From contig JAQBFN010000001.1 in NCBI GenBank assembly GCA_032123335.1, positions 1,244 to 65,243 of the forward strand: 64,000 bases of DNA, given 5' to 3'. The stretch is from Candidatus Micrarchaeota archaeon. Its GTDB lineage: Archaea; Micrarchaeota; Micrarchaeia; Anstonellales; Bilamarchaeaceae. This document shows positions 34,701 through 42,243 of the stretch, one piece after another. The notes below the pieces were generated by a model that was not told the origin of the DNA, ran no database searches, and saw nothing but the letters and a program-made list of their open reading frames with translations. A program made the position numbers and the translations under genes. Every line of letters starts with the position of its first letter. The first letter of the stretch is position 1.

Positions 34701-37354
34701 CCGTTCAATTCAGAAACCAGGTTACTTAGCGGGTAACCCCCGATTCCCATTGGCCCGAATCCAACATCTGCAGAATCTTCCACATATATTCCATCTATAG
34801 CATTATTGCGGATTGTGGAACCTAAGAATGCTGGGTAAGTTGAGTTGGTTATGTTGATTCCGCTTTGCCCATTATCGTAGTATTGATTGTCAAAGAATAT
34901 GTTTTCGTTTCCTGAAGATGCATGACTGGAATCTAGCCAGATCCCGTTCAGGCTATTGTCATACATCCTGTTTTCTACAAAGATGTTATCTGAAGAGTTG
35001 GAAACCACGATCCCGTGCCCCATATCTTCGGTTACGTTGTTGTATGCAATGCCATTTCCGGTTGATTCAAGCGCAATTGCGATTCCCGCAGTGCCCGTGT
35101 TGTTGTATACGAAGTTAGAAATAAGTGCATTGCCATCTGCATCAGCAAGCCCAATGCCTGCGATGGTGTTGTTGTATGCAAAGCTCCCGTTGAGCAGGTT
35201 GCCATCAGAGCCAAAGATAATGTATCCATAGCTGTTATTGTAGGCTTCGGTTCCGGTTATGTTAGTATCATTTGTGAGCCTTAGGCTAAGCCCAATCTGT
35301 GAGTTATTGTAGAAGCTGCTGTTCTGCACAAGGCTGTCTTCCGTGTAATAGAGGAATGCACCATACTCATAATCATGCATGCCCGGGCAGTTTTCGATTG
35401 TTATGTTGGCCAGGTGGTTTGCTGCGGTTCCGTTTACAAAAAGTGCAGTTGCTGTAGCAGTTCCATCATTTGTAACTGTGTAGCCATTGCAGTCCAGGTA
35501 AACATCATCCGAGTCTATTACCACGCAAGCCGCATTCAACCCTCCTGGGCCCGGAATCGCATTCGGTGCTCCTGCGAGGTTTGCCTGGAGCTGGTAACCT
35601 CCTGGTGAAGTAATTACGGGGCAGACTGAGATGTTCTGAAGAATTCCATAATCGCTGGCAGGGTTAAGGTTGGCAATTGTAAGTGTGTTTGCTGCAGTAT
35701 CAAGGGTTGCACCTTCATCTGACCAGGCACCCGCAGTGAATTTCCAAATTTCAAAGTTTGGTTCCATGTATCCTGGGAGTTCAGAATCGAGCCAGTGCCA
35801 GACTACAGTATCTATTGAAGGGGCACCGTTAAGTAGCGAGATATCTACAAACTTATTTTCAAAGCTTATCATATCTGCTGGAAGTGATGAGGAATTTGTT
35901 GTCCAGTTAACCGAGTACTCATCCGTGGCGACAAGAGTATCCTTCAGAGAAAGGTTAGTAAAGTTTGCATAAGTTCCATAGGGGTTAAAGAAAAGGAATT
36001 GTTCTCCGCTATAGTCAAATGGGCCATCTGCATGGATAAGCAAATCGCTTGCAGTGTTGTTGTAGAACACTGTGTGGTTCAGGAACGTATCATCTGCCTC
36101 TGCGAGATATACTCCATACCCATAATTATCATATGCTGTACTGTTGATAAACGTGTTATCCTCGCTTGCAAATACATGGAAACCGTTTCCAGTATTATTG
36201 TGTGCTGTATTCTCAATCAAGGTGTTGTTGTCCGCACCAGTGCTAAAGTAATATGCGTGCCCAGTAGTCTCCCGCACAAGGTTGGTGATAAGCGTATTGT
36301 TATCTGTATCAGTAAAGTTAACGGCTGTTCCTATAGTGTTCAGGATTCTATTGTTCAAAAACCAGCTGGCAGAAATACCGGGAGCGCCGTCACTAATCAC
36401 ATGGATTCCTACGCTTGTGCTGCCAGAGACCAGATTGTTTGAAACAGTAACATTGTGAGGTACTCCAATGCCTCCCAGAGTAAGGTAAATTCCTTCAGGG
36501 TTGGAAACAAACTGGCCGTAATCCACTGTTGAATCCGGGCACCTGAGAAAAGCCATTCCTCCGAAAGCATTGCCGCTTGCATTTACGCGAACGAATGTAT
36601 TGTTTCTGGGATACCTGTCTGAGCCCCAGCAGTAGAACCCTATCCCCCCTATGGCCACATCAACATTATTGTCTGCAACAGAATCATGTATCTGGTTGTT
36701 CCAGGAATTAAAAACCCAAATGCCGTGTCCGTTGGAGCTTGTTGTGGTATCCCAAATCTCGTTTCCATCAACGTAGATAAGCAGAATTCCCGGAGAAGTG
36801 ACTTCGTTGTTTACAATTGTACAATTGTATATCACACTGTTTGAAGTGTATGCAGCTAAGGGAGACAATTCTCCCAAGAATATTCCTGGGGCAGACCCAA
36901 AACCGGGATCTGGGGTGTTTGTTCCGGTAACAGTTACGTTATGAATATCCGCATCCGTAACATTCAGAAGATAAATTCCATAGTAATTGAATCCAATGGG
37001 GGCTCCCACGGTCCCATTTGCAATTACTACATTGTCTTTGTTCACAAGCTCTATGCCGGTTGTGCCTCCGAGAGTATTTGACAGTGATGAACCATTCAGG
37101 TCAAAGACCTTGTTTGAGAAGTTGGCAGGGTCATCAATGCAAATTGCAACTCCACTCAAAACGGCCCCATCAGAGATTACTCCGTTAGAACAGAGGGTGT
37201 TGTCATTCAGGGCATTGGTACAGTCAGCACAACCAGTCCCGGCTCCACCATCGCCACAACCACACCAGCCTCCCCCAAGGTTGGAATACGCAGAAACTAA
37301 TCCTGCAAATAAAATAAACATTGCTGCCAGAAGAATAAACTTGTTCCTAAACAT
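31781..37354 (-). CDS. giant (1857 aa) cell-surface protein: signal peptide, three right-handed beta-helix (PbH1/NosD-like) modules, DUF11-like repeats, two CarboxypepD_reg-like Ig domains, Cys-rich modules, C-terminal TM anchor
   Basis: N-terminal MFRNKFILLAAMFILFAGLVSAYS. Long runs of ~22-aa N/G/T-rich turns (..NNT..G..) restart three times with a C...DCNG.. cap. LTIVKTV...VVNNTGNTTFSNVEIWDELP and ITNTGTMNLTVSVNDTLPAG are DUF11-like. GEEVTITVTSNGDPVPDAEVTVYVG...TDENGQFTFVPTEPGDYWITVSKEGF is CarboxypepD_reg-like. Ends in a TM plus KKKRRPK. Dozens of N-x-S/T sequons. Confidence 0.85.
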   Translation of the reverse strand: MFRNKFILLAAMFILFAGLVSAYSNLGGGWCGCGDGGAGTGCADCTNALNDNTLCSNGVISDGAVLSGVAICIDDPANFSNKVFDLNGSSLSNTLGGTTGIELVNKDNVVIANGTVGAPIGFNYYGIYLLNVTDADIHNVTVTGTNTPDPGFGSAPGIFLGELSPLAAYTSNSVIYNCTIVNNEVTSPGILLIYVDGNEIWDTTTSSNGHGIWVFNSWNNQIHDSVADNNVDVAIGGIGFYCWGSDRYPRNNTFVRVNASGNAFGGMAFLRCPDSTVDYGQFVSNPEGIYLTLGGIGVPHNVTVSNNLVSGSTSVGIHVISDGAPGISASWFLNNRILNTIGTAVNFTDTDNNTLITNLVRETTGHAYYFSTGADNNTLIENTAHNNTGNGFHVFASEDNTFINSTAYDNYGYGVYLAEADDTFLNHTVFYNNTASDLLIHADGPFDYSGEQFLFFNPYGTYANFTNLSLKDTLVATDEYSVNWTTNSSSLPADMISFENKFVDISLLNGAPSIDTVVWHWLDSELPGYMEPNFEIWKFTAGAWSDEGATLDTAANTLTIANLNPASDYGILQNISVCPVITSPGGYQLQANLAGAPNAIPGPGGLNAACVVIDSDDVYLDCNGYTVTNDGTATATALFVNGTAANHLANITIENCPGMHDYEYGAFLYYTEDSLVQNSSFYNNSQIGLSLRLTNDTNITGTEAYNNSYGYIIFGSDGNLLNGSFAYNNTIAGIGLADADGNALISNFVYNNTGTAGIAIALESTGNGIAYNNVTEDMGHGIVVSNSSDNIFVENRMYDNSLNGIWLDSSHASSGNENIFFDNQYYDNGQSGINITNSTYPAFLGSTIRNNAIDGIYVEDSADVGFGPMGIGGYPLSNLVSELNGRNGIYVTSSTDVLVVGFNPPANNRQAYFRHNGERGIYFENTSDSWIAGSSDALKVNVYNNSAIGVYVEWSDYTKIEYVVSYNNTGNSFYLTDSLYSNISNCLAYDAPNDCFKLNQMDHSTLTNNIAYNCSGDAFDLESNSLTLYNTTAHNSSNGILLSGGVANINSTKAELYDNAVGLFATMFGVVNFTDTHTHNNSFSDVFMTGVGADIYFTDLVIDSPAGNHVNYTNLSLYDNMPADVFTINWTVTPPLFGQAIAFEGFANITDWAGTLSIDEIVWQWTAAQELPIYNPNFFNLVKYNDTGWSIMNDTPDTGARTLSLYNMNPASDYGILQFTENLTIVKTVLNAVPAYAPGAIVEFQLVVNNTGNTTFSNVEIWDELPVDLSFNATNTSPYTNAGQTVNWTIATLAPNTAVIILLNATVDPGATPGLHTNDANVTGMSLFGVNYTNSSNASVQLEAPAIYVQKDVIAHGVYVGLDATYTLNITNTGTMNLTVSVNDTLPAGIVFLESDPVNTSSSGQTIYWTNVELNLTPGNSTIIVYNVTTTGSGNLWNNVVVTGTPMAGTPVIATNSTRLDVKSIGGGDGGSPDKPLEIDVVEPAYLGEDVLIIVTTDGAPLNNADVTVRFYDGMWKFIESKTDSNGETIFVPTITGTHRASGQKSGYEYDEQYFEVLEPFECTSNDDCVDMYGDCYVCNMFNSECILGKGYECGSQDLCPDPSECMETEEFPCPDLDSIPICIDCICDYVECIEDEDCPPGEQCIDYECTGGEEPPEGGCTSNDTCEYDQYCDLETEECVDLDCVCGYPFDHACVYYECCSDPDCIILYGVDYYCNFTIHECEQEIPGEEGDQPMETDVPDETGTGEEVTITVTSNGDPVPDAEVTVYVGDNPIGGGFTDENGQFTFVPTEPGDYWITVSKEGFIGAEDEFVAISGETIWDIIIRGVWIALFILILIAIIYVIASRKKKRRPKDME

Positions 37355-37448
37355 GCCAATTACATCTAAATGAGTATATAAAAAGGTTTCGAATATGATT
37401 CAAAAGTAATGGGTGCTTTTTAAAACAGTTCTATACATAAAAAACTAC

Positions 37449-38594
37449 ATGTCTCGCGCTGTCAGAACAGAGTTATTGGAAGCGAAATCGGATTCTCCAA
37501 AAAAAGAAATGCCTGAAAAAACAAGGTGGCAGCGGTTCAAGGACAATCTTGCAAGAGGAATCGTTATACTTTCAATTACAGTTGCAACTGCTATTCCTTG
37601 TGCAGTTGCATGTTCTAGCCCCAAGGATTACAAGGCAGAGGATGCTTCAGTAACGGATACGGGAAGCGATACTGATACAGACACCGACGTGGATACAGAT
37701 ACGGATTCCGATACGGATACGGACACTGATACAGATACGGACACCGACACGGATTCAGACACTGATACAGATACGGACACCGACACGGATTCAGACACGG
37801 ATATGGATGCGGGCGTTGATGGAGGAGATACTGATACTGAAACAATAGCAGACTCCGAGTTCAGCATTCCGGGAGCAGAAGTAAAAATTGCAAAGGAGCT
37901 CATTTACGGGGACCATATGGCAACTTGGGGGGCCATGATTACAGCTCCGGATGGATTTCGGCTCCAGTTTGGGTCGATAGAACTTACTGCGGATAATCCC
38001 GCCTGGTTAGCAGTAAGAGCCCCTGCACCAGATAATTGGCCATACACTGCACTTGCGGAGCAGGGGCAAACAGTATCCAGGAATGACGTCTGGGTGCCGG
38101 ATACGGACACGGATACCTCAAATAATTATATAACCCGATGGATGCACCTCTACAAAAGCTACGTATTGACCGATGAAGGGGAAGCAGCACTTGTAGAAGA
38201 GCCTATTGTTCTTACAGAAGGAGATTACATAGACCTTGGAAATGGAGTGGCAGGAACTGTTTCGATTAAATGGAGAAATCAGGGAACAGCCGATACTGAT
38301 GACCCAAAATACCTCTTCAGTGTAGAAATTGGCGGTGAGCTGGATGCGGGCGTTGATGGTGGGGTAGATGGGGGACTTGGCATGACTAATGGGACCTGGG
38401 ATATGAGTGCACCCGTTACTCCTGGATTTGGAGTTCCTGTATGCACTGGAGATGAGGGGCTTGGAATAACTGCGAGCAGCTCTCCTGCCTGCGGAAGGCC
38501 AGACACTGCACCTACTGCAAGAGTCTTCATTGAGATTGGTGGAGAATTGTGGGCAATTGTTGGTGTGAACCCTCCGAGCGGATTGTATCCCTAA
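37449..38594 (+). CDS. membrane/lipobox-anchored (Thr-Asp)n repeat surface protein, subfamily A copy 1
   Basis: MSRAVRTELLEAKSDSPKKEMPEKTRWQRFKDNLARGIVILSITVATAIPCAVAC, then about 50 aa of T/S-D dipeptides, then a roughly 260-aa C-terminal domain ending RVFIEIGGELWAIVGVNPPSGLYP. The track ORF starts at an upstream GTG (37413). Confidence 0.75.
   Translation: MSRAVRTELLEAKSDSPKKEMPEKTRWQRFKDNLARGIVILSITVATAIPCAVACSSPKDYKAEDASVTDTGSDTDTDTDVDTDTDSDTDTDTDTDTDTDTDSDTDTDTDTDTDSDTDMDAGVDGGDTDTETIADSEFSIPGAEVKIAKELIYGDHMATWGAMITAPDGFRLQFGSIELTADNPAWLAVRAPAPDNWPYTALAEQGQTVSRNDVWVPDTDTDTSNNYITRWMHLYKSYVLTDEGEAALVEEPIVLTEGDYIDLGNGVAGTVSIKWRNQGTADTDDPKYLFSVEIGGELDAGVDGGVDGGLGMTNGTWDMSAPVTPGFGVPVCTGDEGLGITASSSPACGRPDTAPTARVFIEIGGELWAIVGVNPPSGLYP
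37653..37806 (+). repeat. coding (Thr/Ser-Asp)n array with a perfect 36-bp tandem duplication
   Basis: GAY-ACN dicodon array using mixed synonymous codons. 37722-37757 and 37758-37793 are identical (GACACTGATACAGATACGGACACCGACACGGATTCA). Confidence 0.9.
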
Positions 38595-38664
38595 CTAGAG
38601 ATCAATTAATCCGAATCGGGGTGTCCAAAATACATTAAAACAGTTTCCCACATAAATAGCTACT

Positions 38665-39729
38665 ATGGAACGTGCACTCAGAACAGATTTGCTTGGGCAA
38701 AAACAGGAAATTGGTCCAAAAAAAGAAATGCCTGGGAAAACAAGGTGGCATCGGTTCAAGGACAAGTTTGCAAGAGGAATCGTTATACTTTCTATTACAG
38801 TTGCAACTGCTATTCCTTGTGCGGTCGGGTGCACTCCAGATAAACACAATTTTAAGGTAGCAGATGCTTCGGTAACAGATACGGGAAGCGATACAGATAC
38901 TGACGTGGATACGGATACGGATGTTGATGCAGATACTGACACCGACACGGATGTTGATACTGATACGGATACAGACACCGATACGGATAGCGATACAGAC
39001 AGCGACACGGATACAGACACCGATACTGATACGGATACCGGTCCAGACCTGGGCTTCCCAATTGCTGGAGCAGAGATAACTATCGCAGAAGAAGAAGCCT
39101 TTGGAAACATTCCAATCTCAGATGCACCAATAGATTGGATTTATGATATAGATGGATACAGCTTAAAGCTCTTCACAATTCAGAACACTATGCCCTATGA
39201 TCCTGGAATATTCGGAGTCCAGGATCCGACTTTAACCTATCTTTTCGGAACCGGGCCATTAAACCAGGGGACAAGCTTCTCGGATTCCCTTGGAGACCCT
39301 CTGGTTACAAAACACGTCCATCTTTATAGGACATGGGTGGTGGGTGCCAGTGCAGATGCAGCACTTACCAAAGCCCCAATCATACTTGAAGAAGGCGCGA
39401 CCGTAGACTTAGGCAACGGGGTTTCAGGGACAGTAGAAATAAGCTGGAACAATGTGGCTGCAGCGGATGCAGCTGACCCTCAATACATATGCAGCATAAA
39501 AATAGGGGGAACAGCCGGAGTTTGGAATTTCAGCGGAATTACTGGCAGCGCCAGCATGACTGCAGATGGAGTTCCCGTTTGCCCGGAAAATGAAGGAAAC
39601 GGATTGACCGGGGCAACATTTACACTATGCACCCAACCGGAAATACTTCCTGCAGGAAGGGTGTTCATTAAATTCGGCGGAGATCCATTTGCAATTACCA
39701 GAGTAAACCCTCCAGGTGGAGTATTCTAA
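38665..39729 (+). CDS. membrane/lipobox-anchored (Thr-Asp)n repeat surface protein, subfamily A copy 2
   Basis: MERALRTDLLGQKQEIGPKKEMPGKTRWHRFKDKFARGIVILSITVATAIPCAVGC, a TD array, and a C-terminal domain ending RVFIKFGGDPFAITRVNPPGGVF. Clear paralog of 37449..38594. Confidence 0.75.
   Translation: MERALRTDLLGQKQEIGPKKEMPGKTRWHRFKDKFARGIVILSITVATAIPCAVGCTPDKHNFKVADASVTDTGSDTDTDVDTDTDVDADTDTDTDVDTDTDTDTDTDSDTDSDTDTDTDTDTDTGPDLGFPIAGAEITIAEEEAFGNIPISDAPIDWIYDIDGYSLKLFTIQNTMPYDPGIFGVQDPTLTYLFGTGPLNQGTSFSDSLGDPLVTKHVHLYRTWVVGASADAALTKAPIILEEGATVDLGNGVSGTVEISWNNVAAADAADPQYICSIKIGGTAGVWNFSGITGSASMTADGVPVCPENEGNGLTGATFTLCTQPEILPAGRVFIKFGGDPFAITRVNPPGGVF
38875..39039 (+). repeat. coding (Thr/Val/Ser-Asp)n array
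   Basis: About 55 codons of alternating GAY and ACN/GTT/AGC codons. Confidence 0.9.
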
Positions 39730-39753
39730 AGATAAAAGAACAGAAGAGTTCCT

Positions 39754-40563
39754 TCATGCTTTTGGCATTCTTCCCCTGGGTTTCGGAACTTTTATGTCCT
39801 TGTACTGCTTGGAGAGCATAAGCCTGTGCGCATAGGGGCACACTTTGAGTTCTCTTAGGATTGAGTGAAGGAGGTAGGCATTTTCTAATTTGTTCCATTT
39901 TTTATCTGGAAGGGATTCAATTGCTTCTCCTATTGTAGAGTAGGATTTGCGCTTTCCATTTGTGAGCTTTTTTGCTTCCGTATCCAATGCGGGGATGTCG
40001 ATTTGGGCGAAATCAAATGCCTTTTTTACCAGGGTTTCGTTTATTGCGCAAAGGGTCCCGGAAACCTCGTAATCCTGCACACCCGAGTCAATGGACATCT
40101 TCTTTATGGCCACCCAGCTCTTGTATTTTGCAAGGAGTGCGATTTTATCTTTGGGGTGGGTTTTATCCATCTTTAGTTTCCCGGAAAACATTTCTGGCCC
40201 TGCAAGCACTGGAACGGAAAATTTCTGGAAAAGCTTGTGGAAAAAGTATGCTTCTGCTGCAGGAACGAGCTTAGCTAATTCTCCTACAGATTCCTTGAAT
40301 GCGGAACGGAGCACTGGGGAATTTATGGATTTGAGGGCTTCGGAAGGGGTGGATGAGGAAATCCCATCTATGAATTCATCTATTCTCATCATTGCAATCC
40401 CGGAGTAAAGGAAACCCTTTTCGTTTGCGAGCTGGGAAACCGCTGCAGCTGCGTGCGCAACATCCTGCTCGGATGCAGATTCCAGGTTGTAATGCAAGCC
40501 GTGCTTGTCTCCTTTGTAATCCATTTCAAACTTCAATTCTTCTGGCATTGAATTCCACCTCAT
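39754..40563 (-). CDS. hypothetical protein
   Basis: 269-aa ORF with normal composition. No family recognised. Basic C-terminus KVPKPRGRMPKA. Confidence 0.5.
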   Translation of the reverse strand: MRWNSMPEELKFEMDYKGDKHGLHYNLESASEQDVAHAAAAVSQLANEKGFLYSGIAMMRIDEFIDGISSSTPSEALKSINSPVLRSAFKESVGELAKLVPAAEAYFFHKLFQKFSVPVLAGPEMFSGKLKMDKTHPKDKIALLAKYKSWVAIKKMSIDSGVQDYEVSGTLCAINETLVKKAFDFAQIDIPALDTEAKKLTNGKRKSYSTIGEAIESLPDKKWNKLENAYLLHSILRELKVCPYAHRLMLSKQYKDIKVPKPRGRMPKA

Positions 40564-40567
40564 TCCT

Positions 40568-40644
40568 GGACAAATTTGTACAAAATTTGTCCGCTTTGGG
40601 AATGTTGGGCTGGCCCAACAAAAGAAACCAGAGGTTTCTCAGAT
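40568..40644. other. intergenic hairpin array (3 inverted repeats, including one copy of the 26-nt motif)
   Basis: GGACAAATTT-gtaca-AAATTTGTCC (40568-40592). GTTGGGC-tg-GCCCAAC (40604-40619). caaaAGAAACC-aga-GGTTTCTcagat (40619-40644). Confidence 0.6.
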
Positions 40645-40662
40645 TTTACAAAATCCCAATCA

Positions 40663-41061
40663 ATGAAGGAGGTAAATGATTTAATAGTTATCTTGGAAAT
40701 GGAAAGCATGATCAGGATTAATGCACCCACCAGCGTGAACAGGGACAGTGAGCTGAAGGGTGTTGTTGAAATAGACGAAAAAGAGCTGAAGGGAGCACGC
40801 CTGGTTGAGGTGAAGCTCTGCAATGAGATTACTTATGGGGGGGAGAAAAAGAACTATTCCTGCTGGGAGATGGGAAAGAAGTTTTCCCCCAGGGATGCGC
40901 GAAATCTGTTTGAGCTTCCTTTTGAGTTCCATGTGGATGGGGAAGCCCCAATTACCTATAAGGGAAAACAGCTTGTGAGCAGGTGGAAGTTGGGTGTATT
41001 CATCGATGTGATTGGTGGAAAGGACGTCTGGAAAAAGATGGATGTGCTTGTGCTGAGGTGA
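40663..41061 (+). CDS. arrestin/Spo0M-like beta-sandwich protein (single domain), copy 1
   Basis: Pattern ..IRINAPTSVNRDSELKGVVEIDEKELKGARLVEVKLC.. then LPFEFHVDGEAPITYKGKQLVSRWKLGVFIDV. Start uncertain: TTG 40576 in the track, ATG 40663 or 40699. Confidence 0.4.
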   Translation: MKEVNDLIVILEMESMIRINAPTSVNRDSELKGVVEIDEKELKGARLVEVKLCNEITYGGEKKNYSCWEMGKKFSPRDARNLFELPFEFHVDGEAPITYKGKQLVSRWKLGVFIDVIGGKDVWKKMDVLVLR

Positions 41062-41062
41062 T

Positions 41063-41494
41063 ATGGTGTTTGGATTTCTAAGCTCAAGGGTAACTGTGGG
41101 CCTGAATAAGCGAGGGGACGAGTATTTTGCAGGGGATTCTGTGGAGGGAAAAGTGAAGCTGAATACGCTTAAGGGAGTTAATGCGCGCAGCGTAAAAGTG
41201 AGGCTCTGCTGCGTGGAATGGATGAACCCGAAAAAGAACGGGGGGAAAGGCGGGGAAGGAAAGAAAACAGTGCTTTGGGAAAAAGAGAAAAAGCTTGGTG
41301 GGGCGCACAAATACCCTGCAGGGGACTGGAAATTCGAGTTCAAGCTTCCCAAGGATGCGCTGCCTACGATTACTCCGGAGCCGTACAAGAAAAATACGGA
41401 TGAGGGTGCAGGATTGAAGTGGTACCTGCATGCGCACCTGGATATTCCTAATGGAATAGATATGCATTCCTACAAGCAGATATTCCTATATTAG
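41063..41494 (+). CDS. arrestin/Spo0M-like beta-sandwich protein (single domain), copy 2
   Basis: VTVGLNKRGDEYFAGDSVEGKVKLNTLKGVNARSVKVRLCC..., YPAGDWKFEFKLPKDALPT, and GLKWYLHAHLDIPNGIDMH match the arrestin-N/Spo0M strand pattern as I recall it. Starts 1 nt after the previous stop. Confidence 0.45.
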   Translation: MVFGFLSSRVTVGLNKRGDEYFAGDSVEGKVKLNTLKGVNARSVKVRLCCVEWMNPKKNGGKGGEGKKTVLWEKEKKLGGAHKYPAGDWKFEFKLPKDALPTITPEPYKKNTDEGAGLKWYLHAHLDIPNGIDMHSYKQIFLY

Positions 41495-41497
41495 CTA

Positions 41498-42172
41498 CTA
41501 GATGTTCTCTAAGCGGGAAAGGTGCTCCACTTTTTCTGGAATTCCTGCGTTGCGCAGCCCTATGAACATGCGGACTTCGTGGTCCGAAACCCTTGGCTCC
41601 CCGAACCTTTGGGGCTTTCTTGCTTTTTCCATTATTTCTCTTTCGACTGAATCGAAAACAAGCAGGAAATAGTTATGCTCCCCTGACCTGAGGAGGGAAT
41701 TGAGGCCTGCGATTGTGAAAATGTTTGAGAGGTGCTCCTTTGCGGATGCGGCGTGCTGCTGCTCCGGGGTTACCGCCCTCCACTTAAAATCACCACCATT
41801 TTTTGAGTGCCTTGTATATGAATGGCCGAGCCAAGCGAGGAGGGAAAGTGCTTTGCTTGCCTGCTCATATGTTGGGAGGTTGTCCATCCGTGCTTTCCCG
41901 TTTTCCTCGTATGCATTGAATATCCTGAAAAGCTCTTTGAGATAATAGGAATAGCCTACTGAATTGGCTTTCTTTATGTCATGGAGCATCTTGGCGAGCG
42001 AGCATACTGCATACCTGTGGAGCCTGCTTGTGACATCACTCCTGAGCTGCACTGCGGAGGGAGCATTTGCAGCATCCGTTCTGGGGGTTCTTTTGGAAAC
42101 CAGCCTTGGCTTGGCTACATGGAAGGACATTGCAAGCTGTGCAGAATTGGTTCTCTCGGTGGATACTCCCAT
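41498..42172 (-). CDS. hypothetical protein
   Basis: 224-aa ORF. No family recognised. Confidence 0.5.
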   Translation of the reverse strand: MGVSTERTNSAQLAMSFHVAKPRLVSKRTPRTDAANAPSAVQLRSDVTSRLHRYAVCSLAKMLHDIKKANSVGYSYYLKELFRIFNAYEENGKARMDNLPTYEQASKALSLLAWLGHSYTRHSKNGGDFKWRAVTPEQQHAASAKEHLSNIFTIAGLNSLLRSGEHNYFLLVFDSVEREIMEKARKPQRFGEPRVSDHEVRMFIGLRNAGIPEKVEHLSRLENI

Positions 42173-42243
42173 ATATTACTATTATGTATAACATATTATT
42201 ATAAAGGTTTTGGTTGCTAAAAATATACGAAAGAGGAAGCGAT

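Noticed and set aside
37628-37903. (Ser-Val)n and other low-complexity ORFs on the opposite strand or other frames of all four TD arrays (also 38595..39110, 56456..56860, 57678..58337, 37615..37845, 57721..58341)
   Set aside because: These are frame artefacts of the GAY-ACN dicodon arrays. Only the TD frame connects to a signal/TM anchor upstream and a globular domain downstream.
37449-39729. Diversity-generating retroelement targeting the surface proteins
   Set aside because: There is no reverse transcriptase gene in the window and no template/variable repeat pair with adenine-specific mismatches. The conserved 107-nt cassette is at the 5' anchor, not in a C-terminal variable region, and its 6 differences are not A-specific.
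40681-41388. 235-aa minus-strand ORF spanning the arrestin-like pair
   Set aside because: Its S/P/F-rich composition has no structure-like pattern. The two plus-strand ORFs have a coherent beta-strand pattern and 1-nt coupling, so the plus strand is taken as coding.
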